NCBI RefSeq assembly: GCF_009914755.1
Contig: NC_060942.1
Strand: one strand, 5' to 3'
Source: the human T2T-CHM13v2.0 reference genome, Homo sapiens
DNA: 64,000 nt
The notes beneath the pieces are model-generated. The model had not been told where the DNA came from and did no database searches. It saw only the letters and a list, made by a program, of their open reading frames with translations. Shown here one piece after another: positions 1-13,240 of the stretch (positions are counted from its first letter, which is position 1; each line of letters opens with the position of its first letter). A program made the translations under genes and the position numbers.

Positions 1-214
1 GGCCATGATGGGAATGGAAGTGGGATTTGCCTGGTTATACTCTCTCCCTTTCAGAGTTCAGGCACAACAACTGATCAGCATTAACACTAAAACAGAGACC
101 ATAAAACTAAAAAGAACTGATTCTCTGAATTATAAATAAGACCTAAGGCCATGCAAGACAAGGGTCAAGTCACAAATGCAGACCATCAGTTTGGCTACGT
201 AGCATCCTTATCTT

Positions 215-1808
215 GTTAAAAATAATTTCAACTTTTATTTTAGATTCACTGTGTTAATGTGCTTATAATGTTGGCCCCAGCTGCATCTCTGTTGCTGCAA
301 AGGACATGATTTTGTTCTTTTCATGGCTGTGTAGTATTCCATGGCATATATGTACCTCATTTTCTTTATCCAATCCACTGCTGATGGGCACCTAGGTTGA
401 TTCCATGTCTTTGCTATTTTGCATAGTACTGTGATGAACATACGAGTACATGTGTCTCTTTGGTAGAATCATATATTTTCCTTTGGGTATATAACCAGAA
501 ATGGGACTGCTGGGACAAATGGTAGTTCTAGGTTTGTGACAGGTAACTAAATCTTGGGACCCCAAACTCATTAAGCCAAAGGGAAAAGTTAAGCTGGGAA
601 CTGGGTCATGCAAACCTGCCTCCCCCTTTCGGTTCCTAAATAAGATGGCTACAAGACGAAAAGCTACACTCTTCCTCCCTATTTTTCCCACAAGGAAATT
701 CCTACAGAGCTGCAAGATCTTTACCCTAAGGTGTTTCTATTAATATTTCACCATGGCAATGTAAGTTGATAACTTATCTTTACAGGTGCAGTCACCCCCA
801 CTGCCCAAACACAAATGCATATCTGATTTTTCCCCTGCCCCATTTTTCTACGTTATCTTTTGTAAAAAGGCAGATTCCCCACATTTTTCCTCTGCCCCAT
901 TTGTTTATGCCATCTTTTGTAAAAAAATACAGATTCACTGAGCCAGACAAAGGCAAGAATAACTATTTTTCCCTATCCTCCTCTCACATGAAAATTGTGT
1001 ACTTCTCAATACCCTACCCTTTCCCCTTTAAATTTGGAGCCCTCAAAATCATCGTCAGAGAAAGGCATAGACCTGTCTCCCAGGTGTACATCCTTAACTT
1101 TGGCAAATAAAACTCCTAAAACGATTGAGACTTTTCTCATCATTTTTCTCGATTGACAATTTCTTTGAGAAATCTTCAAACTTCTTTTCACAGCGGCTGA
1201 ACTAGTTTGCATTCACAGCAACACTGTATAAGTTTTCTTACACAACCTCACCTGCATCTGTTGTTTTTTGTCTTTTTAAGAATTGCCATTCTGACTGCTG
1301 TGAGATGGTATCTCATTGTGGTTATGATTTGCATTTCACTGATGATTAGTGATGCTGAGTATTTTTCTCATGTTCATTGGCTGCTTGTATGTCTTTTGAC
1401 AAATATCTGTTCACATCTTTTCTGACTTTTAATGGGTTTGTTTTTGTTTTTTGCTCGTTGAATTATTTAAGTTCCTTATAGATTCTGCATATTAGACCTT
1501 CCTTTCACCATATCCAAAAAAATTAACTCAAGAAGGAGTGAATATTTAAATGTAAGACCTCATACTATAATAATCTTAGAAGAAAACCTTGGAAACCCCA
1601 TGCTGGATACTGGCCTTTGGGAAAAAAAATTATGACTAAGTCCTTAAAAGTAATTGCAACAGAACAAAAATTGGCAAGTGGGACCTAATCAAATGAAAGA
1701 GCTCCTGCACAGCAAAAGAAACTATCAACAGAGTAAACAGACAACCTTAGAAATATAAGAAAATATTCACAAACTATGTATTCTACAAAGGTCTAATATC
1801 TAATATCC
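215..1808 (-). mobile_element. L1 (L1PA15/16-like) 3' fragment with 5' inversion (minus 215-1500, plus 1501-1808)
   Basis: Antisense L1 3'UTR/ORF2 end (minus ORF 235-441 'MFITVLCKIAKTWNQPRCPSAVDWIKKM' matches the ORF2 C-terminus). Orientation flips at 1500/1501. TSD 201-214 and 1809-1822 (13/14 match). Confidence 0.85.
535..1158 (+). mobile_element. MER4-family ERV1 solo LTR inserted in the L1
   Basis: TG...CA termini and a MER4-type start (tgtgacaggtaactaaatcttgggaccccaaactcattaagccaaagggaaaag). AATAAA near 1106. L1 sequence resumes on both sides. Confidence 0.8.
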
Positions 1809-2170
1809 AGCATCCTTATATTAATCTAAAACATTTCTTTCTATTGGCTCCAAGTTTTAGACAGAATCTTACTCCTTTAACCAATTGAAAATTAAAGAAT
1901 CTCTGAATCCACCTGTAACCTATAAGCTTCCACTTCAAGATGTCCAGCCTTTAGAGGCCAATCCAACATACACATTCCACATATTGATTTTGGTCCCTGC
2001 CTGTAACTCCTGCCTCCCTAAAATGTGTAAAACCAAACTGTAGCCCAACCACCTTGGGACAACTTATTCAAGACTCTTTGGGTTTATGTTTTCCCCAGGC
2101 CACAGTCACTCATACTGACTTGGAAGAAGCCTCTTTAAAATATTTTGCAGAGTTTGGTTTTTCCATTAAC

Positions 2171-2290
2171 AGTGGTCAGATCAGGATAATTAGCATATCT
2201 ATGATAATTAGCACATCAAACATTTATCTTTTTTTGTGTTGGGAACGTTCAATATCCTCTCTTCTAGCTATTTGAATATATATAATATAT
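2171..2290 (-). mobile_element. L1MA-like 3' fragment
   Basis: catttatcttttttgtgttgggaacgttcaatatcctctcttctagctatttgaa resembles antisense L1MA 3'UTR. Confidence 0.6.
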
Positions 2291-3499
2291 ATCTCTAGAT
2301 TTCAAAAAATAATTTCTTACATTAGAGCAAATAGTAGAAGGTTAAAGAAGAAACCAATAGGCATGCATTCTGAAATTAACAAAATTTTTTCCATGACAAC
2401 TTATGTAATCTTGCTTGGGCATCTAAAGAAATACAGGTTCAAATAAACTGAACATACAGTCCATACAAGCATATGTAGGGTCAACTTGTCATTAAATCAT
2501 GAGGCGTATTTTCTGTGGTCCTTTGGCCCTGTTGCAAGTACAGAGTGTCCTCATACCATCCCTCTTTACTTTCATAATGCCCAGGATGCTGAGAACACTA
2601 GACTTGGGCACACTTCTATTTTCTACCACCAAAATAAAAGTTATCTTCCCATCTCCATGAATCCCTCTTTGCTTTAAAGAAATTGATAGCTCAATTTTTA
2701 ATATAAAGTTTATAAATCAAAATTATTTAACATCTTTCACGTAACATGTAACTAGTTTTAGAGGCTTCCAAAGCCTCAATTGACTCTAAAATTATTGTAT
2801 CCTGTGAAAATCCCAGGCAGCAGGGTATGGCCAGCAGCAAGACACTCCAGGACAAGGGGTCTTAGGAAGTGCGTCTTTATTGGATGTGTGAGGGAGGTCT
2901 TGCATATTTACCACGTTTTATTTCCATATGTACTTAGTCAGGTCAAGTGCAAACAATTCACCCACTTCCAGAATATTCCTTCTTATATCTGTAATAGAAA
3001 CTATGCAACTCAACCACTTACCCAACCCTTTGCCTCCTCAGACTGTGGACAAGAATAGGCCTTGGCTAAGGACTAAAGCAAAGTCTTTCAAAAGTAAATG
3101 TATCACTGGGTGTTAGGGAGTACGTATTATATGGTCTATGGGTCAAGATTGGGCATAATTTTAAATGCCAGCAATTCACGAATCATACCATTTATAAGGT
3201 AGAAGGAAAGAACTGCAAATGAAAGAAACTAGTACTGCTCTGCACAATAAAGTAAAATACAATTTTCACTGGTGTGAGGATTAACTGAGTTAATATAAGC
3301 AAAATACACACAGCCCAGAAGTACTCAGTAAGACAACTGCTATCACACAAAAAAAAGTTACTGCTAAGTAATTGGAAAAATAAAGGAGCATGTGACTGAC
3401 ACATTCCGAAAGAGAGAAATGAGACTATGTGCACCCTGCATGGTTCTAGAGAAACTGGAAAACCAAAGCAAGTCTATAAAGACTCTTTTACTTGTCCAC

Positions 3500-3860
3500 T
3501 GTGCATGAATGGTAAATTCCTAGCAATGAAAATGTAGGGTCCAAAGAAGTATGCATCTTCTAATCACTTTTAAAAGATATTGCTGAAGCCTTCTCCAAAG
3601 AAATTACACCAATTTTCACTGCCACTGGAATGAATAAATGTATCTGAAACTCCACACTGTAAATATATTTAAAATTACTTTATATATATACTATATTAAG
3701 TAAAATTATATTGTAACTAAGCTGTTATATATAGCATGTTTTATTTACATTAAATATAACCATTGTTATAATTTTCGCCAATATAATGGGTGCAAAATTA
3801 CCTTGTTATGACTTGAATTTTTTTTAATTGTATTTGAGGGCGCTCATTTTTTCATCAGCT
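3500..3860 (-). mobile_element. Old L1M (L1ME-like) fragment
   Basis: Degenerate similarity to antisense L1 ORF2 end (ttctccaaagaaattacaccaattttcactgccac). Confidence 0.45.
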
Positions 3861-4369
3861 GCCAGTTCAAGTTTAGAAGAATGATCACAACCTCCCCCTC
3901 CCCACTTGATACAAAGAGGCCTAGAGAGAGGAAGAGGGTACGTTTGGGGGACCCAGAGTTTGTGACTAGGCAACTATATCTGTCCTTGCTGGAAAGGGGA
4001 GACCCCTCTTGCTATTTTGATTGTGTTGAAGCCAGAAGAGGTAATTGGGGTGCTGCTCCCTGGCTGGGTGGTTGCTGGATCATAACCTGTACCCTTTGGT
4101 AGAAAAGGCAGAGATAACACCTGGCTGGCCCTCCACCGCTACAGGTAGCTTCTGGAACTAACCAAGTCAAGCCTATTTTAATGGATATAATAGCAATAAC
4201 CTAATTAGTTTAGTTACTAAAAATCATTTTAAAATTATAAAATTAGACTGAATTATCTATCTTGTGGTGAAGAAATTTTGACAAAGCAAATGGGCATACT
4301 TAATTTTTGGAAAGAAACATTTCTCATTCCTTGAGACTCCAATGTTTTGCCTATGCACGACTATATTTG

Positions 4370-4515
4370 CATATCTAGATATGTATAGTTTATACATATC
4401 TAGATATGTATAGTTTATACATATCTAGATATGTATAGTTTATACATATCTAGATATGTATAGTTTATACATATCTAGATATGTATAGTTTATACATATC
4501 TAGATATGTATAAAC
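4370..4515. repeat. Minisatellite, 25-bp unit ATATCTAGATATGTATAGTTTATAC, 5 identical copies plus a partial sixth
   Basis: Read directly. Six TCTAGA sites at 25-bp spacing; the repeat contains the 22-bp palindrome TATACATATCTAGATATGTATA. Confidence 0.97.
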
Positions 4516-5023
4516 ATGTGAACCTATATGTGTGTTTATATGCATGTATCAATGATATCCTCAATGAACAGAGCAATACTTTGTTCAATACAGCCCAGTT
4601 CCTTTGTCCATTGGACAATCACCTTTATCATCTCATGCAGTTCTATATTTGCTTTTCTAGCAGCATCTATGGCCTCCCTAGAAACATCTAATTGCTACCT
4701 CACTATCACAAGTTTCAATCTGAAATCAAAAGCTCAAAAGTTCCTTTGAAGCCTTGCTGGAAGTCAGACAGTACACACTGAATGTATATGTGTTAAAATT
4801 CTGAAATAATTTTATACCAATTGGGAAATATTTGCTGTTTGAATTTTCTGTGTTGTCCATCCCACCCACAACAAGCCTCCTATGATTCCCAGAACTTTCT
4901 CATAGTCCACCAAACAATGGGTTAATGCCTACTCCCAGAACAACAGCCATTACAATTACTCACAGTGTTAAACATTTTAAATATCACCCCTCTTTGATAG
5001 ATTCTATACAGCAGGATCTAAAT

Positions 5024-5249
5024 CAAGTTTATCCAACCAATGGCCTGTGGGCCGCATGTGGCCCAGGATAGCTATGAATGGAACCCAACACAAATTCGTA
5101 AACTTTCTTAAAACCTGATGAGACTTTTTTTGTGATTTTTTAAGAAATCTCTTCAGCTATTGTTAGTGTTAGTGTATTTTATGTGTGGCCCGAGACAATT
5201 CTTCTTCTTCCAATGTGGCCCACAGAAGCTAAAAGATCGGACACCCCGA
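5024..5249 (-). mobile_element. MER30 (hAT-Charlie non-autonomous DNA transposon)
   Basis: Reverse complement of the MER30 start (gggccacattggaagaagaagaattgtc). 8-bp flanks atctaaat / ctctagat fit the Charlie NTCTAGAN target. Confidence 0.85.
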
Positions 5250-5969
5250 CTCTAGATTATTAGAAATAAACATTCACATGAACAAAGATCCCTTCATATT
5301 CTAGCTTAAGCTTCAAAACCAAAAGTTATTTGCAATTTTAGAGGTTTATCAAAATCTCTCCTTGAAATAACTATCTAGAGTTAAATAATTTGTGTTTTTC
5401 TTTTTGAAAGGCGTTACCATTCTGAAAGTAGAGTAAACTACTTTCACTGAACTGATCTTCAGCCAGTTTTGGTGTTCATTAAAAAAATTTACAGTGTTAT
5501 GCATTCAAATATGGTAACTGAGCCTTTAGGTTCCCACGGCAACTTGATCATTTCAGTAGAAAACTTTTCTTTTCTTTCTTTTTTAACTTATAGGTATGCC
5601 TGTTCTCTAACAGTTTCACTTAGCTTATCATTTCAGTTATTTCCAACCGAGATATCCACCTTTGGGAATTCACATATTCTGATACATTCCCAGGTGGCTA
5701 TTTATAAAAACACAAGAAACATCATGCTAACATTACCAAGTCCTGAGAAAACTGGTCTTGCATTATGTCATTCTAAGGAGAAACACCATCTTTCTCTCCA
5801 TATCACGGACTTTTATTTTACATCCCTGGAGAAATTTCATACACTTGGCAGGTAACTCACAGAAGCTTTATTGGTATACAGAAAATACCTAAGTATTGGT
5901 GGTCCAAATGCCCCAGTGCCACATATAAATAGACAAACGGGTTTTCTTTGTGATGAGTTTATCACCCAA

Positions 5970-6155
5970 TACTTGGTTCCTAAACTTAGATCCAACTTAA
6001 TTGGTTACATCAAAGTCATCTGGGGTCTTTGTCAAAACAGATTCCCAGGCTTCTCTCCAATAACTGAATTGGAATATTCAAGAATGGATGCAAGAAATCT
6101 GAATTTTTAAGAAGTACTCTGTAGGATGTTCATGCCCAGCCAGTCTGGAAAATTC
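5970..6155. mobile_element. MER5-like hAT relic
   Basis: cagattcccaggc...aatctgaatttttaagaagtactc, a degenerate MER5-type core. Confidence 0.45.
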
Positions 6156-7022
6156 ATAACCTATTAATTAATAAATCATTCACGAAACTGGCATGATGGT
6201 TTTTAATTAACAACTTGGTTGACTAACTGACAAATGTTACAATCAAATACAAATGGAAAAACCAGAATATTGACCAAAAGGGTTAGCACACAACTGTCAT
6301 AAATATCTTACTGTCAGCAATGCAACATACTGATATTTTCTATTATGTTTTATTTCCTTTTAAAAATGTGTTCATTACAAACCACTTCATTTCATTGCCT
6401 ATTTAATAAATCTCATCCACAATTTTAAACACAATGACCTAAGGACATTTTTCAAACATGCATGGCTGACCCAGCCTACCTGACTCTGTAGGATCCAGGT
6501 GATGCCTCGGCGAATAGGTGTGCCTGAAAGATAAACCCAAAACAGTGCTGTCATCAGACCACAGGAGATCAATCTATTGTTGAAATATTAGATAGTGAGA
6601 AATCACAACAAAATGAATTTGGCACCATGTTCCAAATAGAGATTTCCCTCTTATAAGGACCAGACTACCAGAATCCATGCAGCAACAAAATCTCTTCTCT
6701 ATATAGTGGGGAATAGACACTGACTACTTTTATATTTGGGGGTATCTCAATTCTTTGTTTCCCGTATTTCATCTTCTAATTGAATGCAATAAAATCAATT
6801 AGATTATAACATCTAAGTAACTTTTCAGTTTTACTTTCTAAAATTATAAGCATCTTATTGTGATTGGTGCTTAGAGTTTTTTCCAATGTTAGATTCAATC
6901 ATTAGTAAATAATCTTTTTAATTACTTACAGAAATTATTAATCACATCTATTCATGAGAACAGGCCTATATCCATTGTGTTTATTATTGAGTTTACAATG
7001 CTTAGAATTGTCATTGCTTCTA

Positions 7023-7731
7023 CAAGTAGTCCCTGATTTACAATGGTTCAACTCATGAATTTTTGATCTTAGGATGGTGTATAACTGTCAATATTTTGAC
7101 ACAGTATATGGCGTTCAATAAATAACATGAGATATTCCACACTTTATTGTAAAAAGTCCTTGTGTTCTATGACTTTGTCTAACTGTAGGCTAATGTAAGT
7201 GTTCTGAGCACATTTAAGGTAGACTAGGGTATTAGTCCATTTTCACACTGCTATAAAAAACTGTCAGAGACCGATTAATTTATAAAATAAAGAGGTTTAA
7301 TTAACTCATAGTTCAGCGTGGCTGGGGAGACCTCAGGAAACTTACAATCATGGCGAAACGTAAAGACAAAGCAAAGCACCTCCTTCACAAGGTGGAAGGA
7401 AGGAGAATAAATGCAGGAGGAACTACCACTTATGAAACCATCAGATCTTGTGAGAACTCACTCATCATGAGAACAGCAAGGGGGAAACTTGCCCACATGA
7501 TTCAATTGCCTCTGCCTGGTCTCTCCCTTGGCACGTGGGGATTATGGGGCTTATGGAGATAACAACTCAAGATGAGATTCTGGGTGAGGATACAGCCAAA
7601 CCATATCAGCTAGGCTAAGCTGTAATGTTTGGTAGGTTATGTATATGAAATGCATTTTCAACTTACAATATTTTTAACTCACTATGGGTTTATCAGGACA
7701 CATAACCCTATCATAAGTCAAGAAGTACCTG
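7023..7731 (-). mobile_element. MER47A (Tigger-derived), split by a MaLR LTR
   Basis: TA on both flanks. Contains aactgtaggctaatgtaagtgttctgagcacatttaaggtag and atgggtttatcaggacacataaccc, matching antisense MER47A. Confidence 0.8.
7228..7608 (-). mobile_element. MSTA/THE1-type MaLR solo LTR
   Basis: gtattagtccattttcacactgctataaa...cctcaggaaacttacaatcatggc...cagccaaaccatatca. 5-bp TSD actag/gctag. Confidence 0.88.
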
Positions 7732-8419
7732 TATTAGGCATTAATAAGTATCTGAGTACATTGTACCTACAGATTTCATTGGTTTAATTCTAAGAAGTTA
7801 ATCTCCCTTACATCTAAGTTAGTCTCCCTTTCATCTAAGTTCTTAGAGGGGACCATGGCATTTTTCATATATGCAAAACATTAAGCATTTAATTGGATTG
7901 ACTCTAAATAAATTAGCAAATAGGAAAAAATACTGAAGTCAGTAAGAGAGTCAGGTATAAAACATATGCACATTCCATCTCTTAATTTGTTGCTATATTG
8001 GGATAAACATAGACAATGAGATTAAATGATTTTATAGAGACATTTAGATAAAAATTCACAACATTTAGAAATACTTCCTTTCCAACATATTTAATAGAAA
8101 ATAAAGCAAAACAAAACAAGCAAATGATAAGGAAGGAGTAACCTAAATGTTCAATAATAGAAGATAGGTTATGTAAACTATGGTAAATTCTACTCAATGT
8201 AACTTTATGTAGTTAATATTTGTCAAGGATTTGACAAAATTAAAAGGTATGATATAAAATTTAAAACATGTTATTTTACAACTATGCTAAATAAAGCACT
8301 TACTTAAGGAAGAAAAACATGAAAATAATGGTTATGCTGGGATGAAGTGAGAGACTACATATTTCTAAAATTATTTGCAAATCATTAGAAAATATTTGTT
8401 AATTACCATGTCAGCCTCC

Positions 8420-9080
8420 ATTCTCCATTCCTACAGGACCTTGGACTTTCAAGCCAGGTGGCTAAGGCTGAAATGACCTTCTCCCAGTTCCAGGAAGAGG
8501 TCTTGCTTAACTAAGTCTACAGCATATTCCGTCCCTCTAGCCAGAGTTATTGGTTCAGGAATAAACATACTCACTCACAATTATATCATGAGGGTTAGTT
8601 TTTATAATCTTGTGCTTGGTACCAATTGTCGTAACCTACTTTTTCCTGAAAGCATACCCTGAAGCAAGAATTAAAGTGATAACATTTTATTTGTGAGGTG
8701 CAAGCCCTTGGCAGGAAAAGAAGAGGGGAAAAAAAAAAGGAAAGTAAGCATAAGAAAATCAACGTGATTGCCACACTACCACTTCACAAAACGTAAGATG
8801 CACAGCAGGTCACTCAGCAAGCCAGAGGAATAAGGACTATGCCAAGAAGGACTTACTCTTGGCAACACTTCAAGAGATATGACTCTTGTTGACTATCGTG
8901 TCACTGCAGCAACTCATAAAGTGGTGGCAAGTACAGTCATGCATTCCATTCTGCATCTTGTCTTAGTTCCCCTTCCCCCTATCCATACCCCAACTGTTGT
9001 GGAATTCTGCCCTCCCCCCAAAATATTAACATATCAATATTTGCCTCACCTTTTCCTCTCAAAAGGATCAGCCTAAGACA
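8420..9080. mobile_element. Old ERVL LTR fragments (LTR16/LTR33-like)
   Basis: Motifs ttattggttcagg and accctgaagcaagaattaaagtg...tttatttgtgaggtg; heavily decayed. Confidence 0.4.
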
Positions 9081-9764
9081 GATAGTTTTAAAGATTTTTC
9101 CCAATTTACCTTCTTCCCTCATTTCCTATGTTGATTGGATGGGGACAGGGAGAGAAGCTGAGTTATGATCAGCACTAAGATTCCTATGTTTTTATTTTTT
9201 CTTGTCTGAGACATTTTGAAATTTATTGCATTGATAGTAAACATTGCTAGCCCTTGCTTGTCTATGGTTCATTGTTTCCTGTGTTATGTTATTATTGTTT
9301 TTTGTGCCTATTGGTTCAGAAAGAGTGAGACTATGATCTGGCATGACTCTGCCAATTTTACCCCGAAGTGCCATCTTATAAATTTTTAAGCAGAGGATGA
9401 AATACTTAGCTTAAGTCTGCAGCATATTCTGTCCTCATAGCTGGAATTATTGGTTCAGGAATACACTCACTCAAAACTGATCTTGATGGATTATTTTTGG
9501 CCAGCATACAGGGATAGGATACACTAGACTATGCATAATCAGACAGCCCACTTTTCTGTCAGACTTCCTCTTGTTAATTACATGAACTCCCAATGTTTTG
9601 AGAATATCAATTTTTAGTTTTATGGCAAACATATGTACCACTGTATTCATTGAACTTACTTATTTTATGACATTCAAAATTTTCCAATCTTATGCAGTTA
9701 GATCTACTAATTTTTATGGGAATTTTTATCATTGCTTTTTACTTTTTTCATATTTCAGGGTAAG

Positions 9765-10614
<850 letters not shown>

Positions 10615-12524
10615 ATGAGTCAAGTTTATATATAAACTAGGAAAACGGAGGGGCTGTAAATCAAAATACAAAAGCCAGGAAAGACACCAATATCCTGAGT
10701 CTTTCTTATAGAATAATACTCTTCCCTTCAATTTAAAAGAAAATTTGATGAAATTTTATACTAAATGATAAAAACTTACTGGCAGATTCTAGTAGGAAAG
10801 CCACACAGAGGTCAATGAAACATTATTCTTTACTTGAGAATGTTTTCCCTCATCATCAGATAAAAATCAAGCAAGTTTGGAGAAGGGAAGAGTATTGTTT
10901 GAATCTTTTTTTCTGTGACTGGTTACAGCTAAGCAATGAGCCATGGGAGACAATAACTTTTGATTATACAGAAGTCATTTGTTTTAGGTTTAGATTACAT
11001 GATTGCTCCCACAACTTGCCCAGTCTTTATCAGGAAAATTGTGAGTTTCCATGGCAATGGAAAACATGGCACAAAATTGCAAATGAACTCATGCTTCTAC
11101 CATAGAAAACTGTTCCTGGAAACAACTAAGATGACACTGGCAATTGCTATAAAAAAGGAAAGTAAATCTCTTTTGGATGTGTTTGTGATTAATAACTATT
11201 TTCTACCATCTTATAGTTTTATAGAACACCTTACAGACAAATATATAATTAATTATAATTGTTTTTGTATCTCCTGGAAGGCACAACAAAAATCCAGTTA
11301 AAAACCTATACCCACCAAAAAAAATTCCACAACAGATGTTGTGAATCTTTTAGGACATTACAAATTATAATTAATTTCTCTACATTTAATAAAGACTGTA
11401 GTTAATAGCCTTAATTATTGGGCTAAGTACCTTCAATTATTTTGTTCCATTTCAAATTTCTTAGTTCAGAAGTGAAAAAGCTATTTTTTTTACACTTTCC
11501 CAATGACTTTTCTTGAAAGGGGAAAATTATTTCCTGATTTGAGAATTTCTCTCATTCAGTGCTTAATAAACTGAGGGGGAAAAGTTAATATTCTAATGAT
11601 ATCAAATTATTTAATTGGCATAATTATAAAATATGCTTCCACATTTAACTATTCTCTCACCTAACATAGCAGGTTACCTATTTGAAGTAGAATTATTTCT
11701 AATGAAAATGTAAGCGGGTTGGCCTCATATTGACTAGCAGTTACTGCCACAATGAATAATTTATCTTCCTTATTAATTCATATAATCATTAAAAGGGTGA
11801 ACTTCCTTTTTTGTGAAGAATTTGCCTCTGAGGAGCTGAAAGCTCTGTGAAGATATAAATGTTACTGAATTTCAGATCAGCAGCCTGGGCGGGTGGGAAG
11901 GTTTAGTTAACTCCATTTTAACTGACAGTAAACCAAGACTAAATAGTTGAGGATATATGGGGAAATAGGGGGACAGAGCTTCTACTATCAGAACATTTCA
12001 AACAAAAAGCCTAATTTTTCCTTAAGGTATCAGGTAATTGACAGAAAATAGGACCCAACCCTACACTATGTTTTCCAGCTGGTCCCACAGACTAAATTCC
12101 CTTGATAATTGCTAATCCATTTCCTGAGTGCCTCACCCTGAAATCACTTCCTCCTCTGGGATCTTAGAAAGCTTTCCACCTGAACCATTCATTCAGCAGG
12201 TGCTGCTTTCTTCTGCCATTTACATTGTATGTGGCGATGTCTTTTCAGATCTACTGGATTGTAAATAGAAATAAAGGGAACATGGGGAGGTAACCGGTAA
12301 TTTTTGAGTGGCTAGCACGTTGCAGAAACTTTTAATATGTGAGAAAACAGATTTCCTGAGTGTGTCTAATCATAGAAAGTCAGAGCCAAGAGGCCTGAAC
12401 ACAGATGCCTGCTTTCTCCACAACTCTAAGTCCACGTACCTGGAAATTGTAATATTTGTTAATATGCCCACAAAGGGAAGGGTTTATACTACTATGCAAT
12501 TATTTCTCTTTTGTGCTTAGAGAA

Positions 12525-12775
12525 ATAATAGCCAGCATTTATTGAGCACTTCCTGTGGGCAGGCACTGTTCTGAAGTATTTTATGTGATTTGTTTTCTTT
12601 CATTCCCACAACAACCATATAAGTAGGGACTATTTTTGTTCCCATTTTACAATAGAAGAATCTGAGGTGCAGCTAGCTTAGATAACTTTTCCAAGGATAC
12701 CTGGCTGGTAAGTGATTAGCCAAAAGTTAAACCTGATCAGTTTGGGTCTAGAACCCTTGCATGTAACTCACCATG
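12525..12775 (-). mobile_element. MIR
   Basis: ataatagccagcatttattgagcacttcctgtgggcaggcactg...cccattttacaatagaagaatctgagg core. Confidence 0.8.
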
Positions 12776-13103
12776 GGTCCCAACATCAGTCCTTAGTAGA
12801 GAAAGGTTCTGGGATAAGGAGAAATTGAATTTCTCAGACCTGTAAAGACCAGGCGGCTTGCACTGTGTCACCAGCAGCTCCGGGCCATTCCCTCCTCTGC
12901 CACCCTACTGAGGTCCCCCACTCTCAGGAACTTGGAATTAAAAGAAGCTCTCTGACAATCTGACATAAGCTTCTGCTTTGTACACTTCACGTCACAAAAG
13001 ATTTTGCCTCCCTTGCCTAATTAAAATGTAGTCTACAGTGTGTATGCTTTCTTCTTGCCAACACTCGGCTCGCCAGAAATGCTAAAACTGTCTAATATTA
13101 TGT

Positions 13104-13240
13104 TGTTGTCAGGCTCAAAAATGGCCCAGATTATAGCTGCCTCCTGGTTCTCACAGGTTTGTGTAATCCCTGTCCTCTGAGTGTTGGATGGACTTTGTGA
13201 CTCACTTCTAACGAATAGAATACAGCAGAAGTGGCAGGAT
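13104..13240 (+). mobile_element. MLT1E/F-like LTR 5' fragment
   Basis: tgtgtaatccctgtcctctgagtgttggatggactttgtgactcacttctaacgaatagaatacagcagaagtg. Confidence 0.6.

Larger units (their letters stand above)
1..2170 (+). mobile_element. MER34/MER39-like ERV1 LTR, split by an L1 (pieces 1-214 and 1809-2170; 5' end outside window)
   Basis: The 3' piece ends ...cctctttaaaatattttgcagagtttggttttccattaaCA, as I recall for MER34/39 ends. The two pieces rejoin across the duplicated site agcatccttat(c/a)tt. Confidence 0.6.

Noticed and set aside
4370-4515. CRISPR-like array of palindromic repeats
   Set aside because: There are no unique spacers (constant GTT linker), no cas genes, and the context is primate DNA. 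It is a minisatellite.
12840-13085. Possible promoter or CpG island
   Set aside because: Only a handful of CpGs and one CACGTCA motif, far below island density.
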